From an uncultured Hymenobacter sp. (GTDB taxonomy: Bacteria; Bacteroidota; Bacteroidia; Cytophagales; Hymenobacteraceae): DNA of 57,490 nucleotides. Position numbers and translations under genes: made by a program. The stretch spans positions 1 through 57,490 of the forward strand of contig CAZERY010000001.1 in assembly GCA_964514915.1 (NCBI GenBank), read 5' to 3'. Numbering within the stretch: position 1 is the first letter of the stretch; the number at the start of each line of letters is the position of its first letter. This document shows, in pieces, positions 53,526-57,490 of the stretch. The notes beneath the pieces were generated by a model that was not told where the DNA came from, ran no database searches, and saw only the letters and a list, made by a program, of their open reading frames with translations.

Positions 53526-54284
53526 ATGGATAAATCAGTCCGCAATTTACTCGTTGCTATCGCCTGCCTGGTCGCCCTGGCCGGCATGGCGGCATTTGCG
53601 GCCTTGCGGCAAGCGCACCGCCCAGTGCAGGCGGTGGTGGTAACTATTGCCAATGAGTTTAATAATTATTTTATCAGCGAGCGGGGCGTTACGGCGCTGC
53701 TCACGGATGGCGGCAAAGAGCCCGTAATTGGGACCGTGCCCGAAGGGCCGCGTCTGCGCCAGTTGGAAGGCCGCCTGAAGGCTCACCCGTTTGTGCGGGA
53801 GGCGCAGGTGTACCGCGACCTGGCGGGCAACCTCCACGCCGATGTTCGCCAGAATCGGCCCATTGCGCGCCTAGTGCATCCCGACGACCGCCTTGATAGC
53901 TACATTGATGCGAATGGCCACCGCCTGCCCCTTTCGCCGCTCTACACGGCGCGGGTCGCCACGGTAAGCCGGGCCGGGGGCGGCAAGCTACCCAGCAATT
54001 TTTTTCAGGATAGCACCAGTCAGGGCTACCTCGATTTCTTGCGTTACGTCGACGAGCATCCCTTCTGGCGCGCCCAAGTAGCCGAAGTATTCGTCGAGCC
54101 CGGTGGAAAGCTCAGCTTTACCCAACAGGTGGGTGACCAACGTATAGAGTTTGGGCCGCCGGAGGATATTTCTGAGAAATTCGCTAAATTGATGGTATTT
54201 TACCGTCAAATTCCTTCGGTTTTAGGCTGGGATACTTACCACCGCGTAAACGTCGAATACCAAAATCAAATAATTTGTGAGTGA
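53526..54284 (+). CDS. ftsQ: Cell division protein FtsQ
   Basis: Single N-terminal TM, POTRA-like segment, Q.RPIAR, IEFG, Y.NQIIC; located before ftsA. Confidence 0.9.
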   Translation: MDKSVRNLLVAIACLVALAGMAAFAALRQAHRPVQAVVVTIANEFNNYFISERGVTALLTDGGKEPVIGTVPEGPRLRQLEGRLKAHPFVREAQVYRDLAGNLHADVRQNRPIARLVHPDDRLDSYIDANGHRLPLSPLYTARVATVSRAGGGKLPSNFFQDSTSQGYLDFLRYVDEHPFWRAQVAEVFVEPGGKLSFTQQVGDQRIEFGPPEDISEKFAKLMVFYRQIPSVLGWDTYHRVNVEYQNQIICE

Positions 54285-54369
54285 TAAGCGCTTGCAAATC
54301 AGGGATTTGTTTTTTATAAAATTAGCTAAGTAATTTAGTATCTGCTCTTTTGCTGCTCGCTCCATACCT

Positions 54370-55770
54370 ATGCAACAAGATAAAATCGTCGTCGGCCTTG
54401 ACATTGGCACCACTAAAATTTGCGCTTTGGTGGGGCGTAAAAACGAGTACGGCAAGCTGGAAATTCTCGGCATGGGCAAGGCCGTTTCGGAGGGTGTGCA
54501 ACGGGGTATTGTGCTCAATATTGATAAAACGGTGGACGCTATCAAGCGTGCTATTCGGCAGGCGGAAGAGCAGTCGGGTATCGATATTGGCGTCGTGAAC
54601 GTGGGTATTGCCGGGCAGCACATCAAGTCGTTGCAGCACAATGGCTCCATCACGCGGCCCAGCGGCGACAACGAGATTACCCAGGATGATGTGAACCGCC
54701 TCACGGCCGACATGTACCGCCTGGTAACGCCGCCCGGCTCGCAGATCATCCACGTGATGCCTCAGGACTATAAAGTCGATTTTGAGGGCGGTGTGACCGA
54801 TCCCGTGGGCATGGCCGGCGTACGGTTGGAAGGTAACTTCCACATTATCACGGCGCAGAGCGCAGCAATTAACAATATAAATAAGTGCGTCACCAAGGCT
54901 GGGCTAGCCATTGCCGACCTCATTCTGGAGCCGTTGGCGTCGAGCGTATCAGTGCTGAGCGATGAGGAAAAGGAGGCGGGCGTGGCGCTGATCGATATTG
55001 GCGGCGGCACTACCGACTTGGCCGTGTTTAAGGACGGTATCATTCGCCACGCGGCGGTGCTGCCATTTGGCGGCAATATCATTACGCAAGACATTAAGCA
55101 GGGCTGCAACGTGACGCCCAACCAGGCCGAGCAGCTAAAGGTTAAGTTTGGCAAAGCCATTGCCGAAGAAGCTAGCGACTACGAAATCGTGAGCATTCCG
55201 GGCCTGCCCAATCGCCCACCCAAGGAAGTGTCGCTCAAGAATTTGGCGTATATCATCGAGGCCCGCATGTCGGAAATCATCGAGTTGGTGTACGCTGAGA
55301 TCTACCGCATGGGCTTGCACGAGCACCTCTCGGCGGGCATCGTGCTGACGGGTGGCGGCTCGCAGCTCCAAAACCTGGAGCAGCTGACCGAATACCTCAC
55401 TGGCCTCGATACGCGCATTGGCTACCCCAACCAGCACTTGGGTAAAGGCAAAATTGAGGCGGTGAAGTCGCCCATGCACGCCACTGGGGTGGGCCTCGTG
55501 CTGGCCGGCTACCAGGCCCAAGATGAGCACGCCGCCCGCCCCGGCTATGGCGACGATGAAATTCCTAGCAACTATAGCTACCAGGCTAGCCCTCCCGTGG
55601 CTATGCCCGCGCCAGTAGTGCCCACCTTTACGGCGCCCACGCCAGCCCCGGCGCCGGCCCCGGAGGTACCCAAGCCACCTAAAGAACAAAAGGGGCTGAA
55701 GTTTTTGGGCGATATTACCCGCAAGCTGAAGGGTATTTTAATCGACGATTTTGACGATAAACAATATTAA
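54370..55770 (+). CDS. ftsA: Cell division protein FtsA
   Basis: VGLDIGTTKI, EPLAS, DIGGGTTD, VLTGGG. Confidence 0.97.
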   Translation: MQQDKIVVGLDIGTTKICALVGRKNEYGKLEILGMGKAVSEGVQRGIVLNIDKTVDAIKRAIRQAEEQSGIDIGVVNVGIAGQHIKSLQHNGSITRPSGDNEITQDDVNRLTADMYRLVTPPGSQIIHVMPQDYKVDFEGGVTDPVGMAGVRLEGNFHIITAQSAAINNINKCVTKAGLAIADLILEPLASSVSVLSDEEKEAGVALIDIGGGTTDLAVFKDGIIRHAAVLPFGGNIITQDIKQGCNVTPNQAEQLKVKFGKAIAEEASDYEIVSIPGLPNRPPKEVSLKNLAYIIEARMSEIIELVYAEIYRMGLHEHLSAGIVLTGGGSQLQNLEQLTEYLTGLDTRIGYPNQHLGKGKIEAVKSPMHATGVGLVLAGYQAQDEHAARPGYGDDEIPSNYSYQASPPVAMPAPVVPTFTAPTPAPAPAPEVPKPPKEQKGLKFLGDITRKLKGILIDDFDDKQY

Positions 55771-55780
55771 TAGTAAGGAA

Positions 55781-55859
55781 CAATTATCAATGAATAATGA
55801 GCAATGCCATGCGTCTAGCAGGTACTAATTGCTCATTGTTCATTGCTCATTGATAATTG
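55781..55859. repeat. Inverted arrays of 7-bp tandem repeats between ftsA and ftsZ
   Basis: CAATTAT CAATGAA TAATGAG CAAT ... ATTG CTCATTG TTCATTG CTCATTG ATAATTG. Confidence 0.8.
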
Positions 55860-55867
55860 ACAACGTT

Positions 55868-57388
55868 ATGAATTTCACTTTTGATATTCCTACCCAAAGC
55901 CGTTCCATCATCAAGGTGATTGGAGTTGGGGGCGGGGGCTCCAATGCCGTGAAGCACATGCACAAGCAGGGCATCAAGGACGTGGAGTTTATAATCTGCA
56001 ATACGGACCGGCAGGCTCTCGAAAGCTCGACGGTACCGAATAAGCTTCAGATTGGGGTAGACCTGACCGAAGGCCTCGGCGCCGGGGCCAAGCCCGAGCG
56101 CGGCCGCCAGGCCGCACTCGAAAGTCGCGAGCAAATCCGCGAGCTGTTGAGCAACGGCACCAAGATGTTGTTTATCACGGCGGGCATGGGTGGTGGCACG
56201 GGCACGGGCGCGGCGCCCGTCATTGCGCAAGTAGCGCAGGAGCTCAATATTTTGACGGTCGGTATCGTGACGGCGCCTTTTCTTTTTGAAGGCAAGAAGA
56301 AGCGCGAGCAGGCCGAGCAGGGCATCAAGGAGCTGAGCGAGCATTGCGATACCGTGCTGGTGATTCTCAACGATAAGCTACGCCAGCTGTACGGCAACCT
56401 GACGATGGGCTTAGCCTTTGCCAAGGCCGACACGGTGTTGACTACGGCTGCCAAGTCGATTGCCGAAATTATCACGGTGACCAGCGACGTGAACGTAGAC
56501 TTTGAGGACGTGAAAACGGTGATGAAGGACTCGGGCGCGGCTGTGATGGGCAGCTCCATCACGGAGGGTGAAAATCGCGCTCGCCGGGCGGCTGAGGAAG
56601 CGCTGAACTCGCCGCTGCTCAACAATACCGACATTCAGGGTGCGCAGAAAATTCTGCTCAGCATCATGTCGGGCGATCAGGCCGAGTTGGAAATGGATGA
56701 GCTGTCCGAAATTACGGAGTACATCCAAGGCAAGGCGGGCGAAGACGCCGAAATGATTTTTGGCCACGGCACGGATGATACGCTGGGCCAGAGCATCCGC
56801 GTAACGGTGATTGCCACGGGCTTTGCCCGCGAGGCGCATACCATCGCGACCAATAGCCGCCCTGCTGAGGTTGCCCCCGAGCCTGTAGTAGCGGCCGCTG
56901 CGGCTAGCTCCGAGCCCCAGTCGGTGAGCTCCGACCGGTCTAGTAGCCAGCCAGCTGTGGCGCCAGTAGTGCCCAGCTTTACCGTTCCGGTGGCTGCGGA
57001 GCCTGCCCGCGTCACCTTTGACCTCAACGGCCCGGTGGTGCCCAATGGCCAAACTGGGCTAGCCGGTGCTCCCATTACGGCTCCCGGCGACCCAGTGCTG
57101 GTATCGGGCCAAAACCAAGGCCAGCCAGTGCCCCCGGCGCCCCGCCCACGGCCCGCTGCCCTCGAAGCCCAGGCCGAAGAACGCCGCCGCCGCTTGCAGC
57201 AGCTTAGCCAAAACCAGGGCCTGTCGCCGGAGGCTACCAACCACCTCGATACGCCCGCCTACCTGCGCCGTGGCCAAAAGCTGGAGCCCGTGACGCCGAG
57301 TAGCGCGCAAAATATCTCGCGCTTCAACCTGAGCGATGATAATGAGCTGCTGGGAGACAACCGGTTCTTGCACGACAACGTGGACTAG
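55868..57388 (+). CDS. ftsZ: Cell division protein FtsZ
   Basis: IKVIGVGGGGSNA, GGGTGTG, NVDFEDV, PAYLR and Bacteroidota-type FLHDNVD end. Confidence 0.98.
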   Translation: MNFTFDIPTQSRSIIKVIGVGGGGSNAVKHMHKQGIKDVEFIICNTDRQALESSTVPNKLQIGVDLTEGLGAGAKPERGRQAALESREQIRELLSNGTKMLFITAGMGGGTGTGAAPVIAQVAQELNILTVGIVTAPFLFEGKKKREQAEQGIKELSEHCDTVLVILNDKLRQLYGNLTMGLAFAKADTVLTTAAKSIAEIITVTSDVNVDFEDVKTVMKDSGAAVMGSSITEGENRARRAAEEALNSPLLNNTDIQGAQKILLSIMSGDQAELEMDELSEITEYIQGKAGEDAEMIFGHGTDDTLGQSIRVTVIATGFAREAHTIATNSRPAEVAPEPVVAAAAASSEPQSVSSDRSSSQPAVAPVVPSFTVPVAAEPARVTFDLNGPVVPNGQTGLAGAPITAPGDPVLVSGQNQGQPVPPAPRPRPAALEAQAEERRRRLQQLSQNQGLSPEATNHLDTPAYLRRGQKLEPVTPSSAQNISRFNLSDDNELLGDNRFLHDNVD

Positions 57389-57403
57389 CATCGTTAGCTA
57401 ACT

Positions 57404-57440
57404 AAAAAGGCCCGCTCGGTATATCCGGGCGGGCCTTTTT
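57404..57440 (+). terminator. Rho-independent terminator after ftsZ
   Basis: AAAAAGGCCCGCTCGG-TATAT-CCGGGCGGGCCTTTTT. Confidence 0.88.
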
Positions 57441-57490
57441 AAGTACTCGTGCATAAGTAATCGAGTAGTAGTTTTGGGTCATGCTACCAC

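Noticed and set aside
46662..53526. Absence of murF, ddl and murB from the dcw cluster
   Set aside because: Usual arrangement in Bacteroidota; these genes are normally elsewhere
1..57490. tRNA, rRNA, prophage, integrase or anti-phage defence genes
   Set aside because: No supporting motifs seen

Overview
GC-rich Bacteroidota chromosomal segment, most likely Hymenobacter or a close Cytophagales relative. This assignment is inferred from gene content, TAnnTTTG promoters, the REP type and the dcw gene order. Five blocks are visible. (1) 1-6.4 kb: phoH 3' end, secreted nucleoside hydrolase, OM protein, GNAT, comEC and enoyl-CoA hydratase. (2) 6.5-13.8 kb: carotenoid cluster crtZ, LitR/CarH-like MerR, ECF sigma, crtI, crtB, unknown gene, ispH and crtW. 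(3) 13.9-17.3 kb: Cys-rich metal operon with a small HYC_CC_PP-like protein, a TonB receptor and an HMA protein. (4) 17.4-39.9 kb: accessory region with glycoside hydrolases (GH5, two GH30, GH18), an ECF/anti-sigma module, an ISAs1 relic, several pseudogenes and a zinc/metal-starvation type island. (5) 40.2-57.4 kb: complete dcw cluster from mraZ to ftsZ. The best candidates for new biology are a His-rich leader peptide ending in RGPP upstream of a TonB receptor (possible metal-sensing ribosome-arrest switch under Zur-like boxes), a LitR/CarH regulator lacking both B12-ligating histidines, a His-heptad lipoprotein resembling a metal sponge, a doubly deleted scar copy of a GH30 gene, and window-wide enrichment of the palindrome GCTAGC. 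All calls come from motif recognition by eye; no database searches were run.
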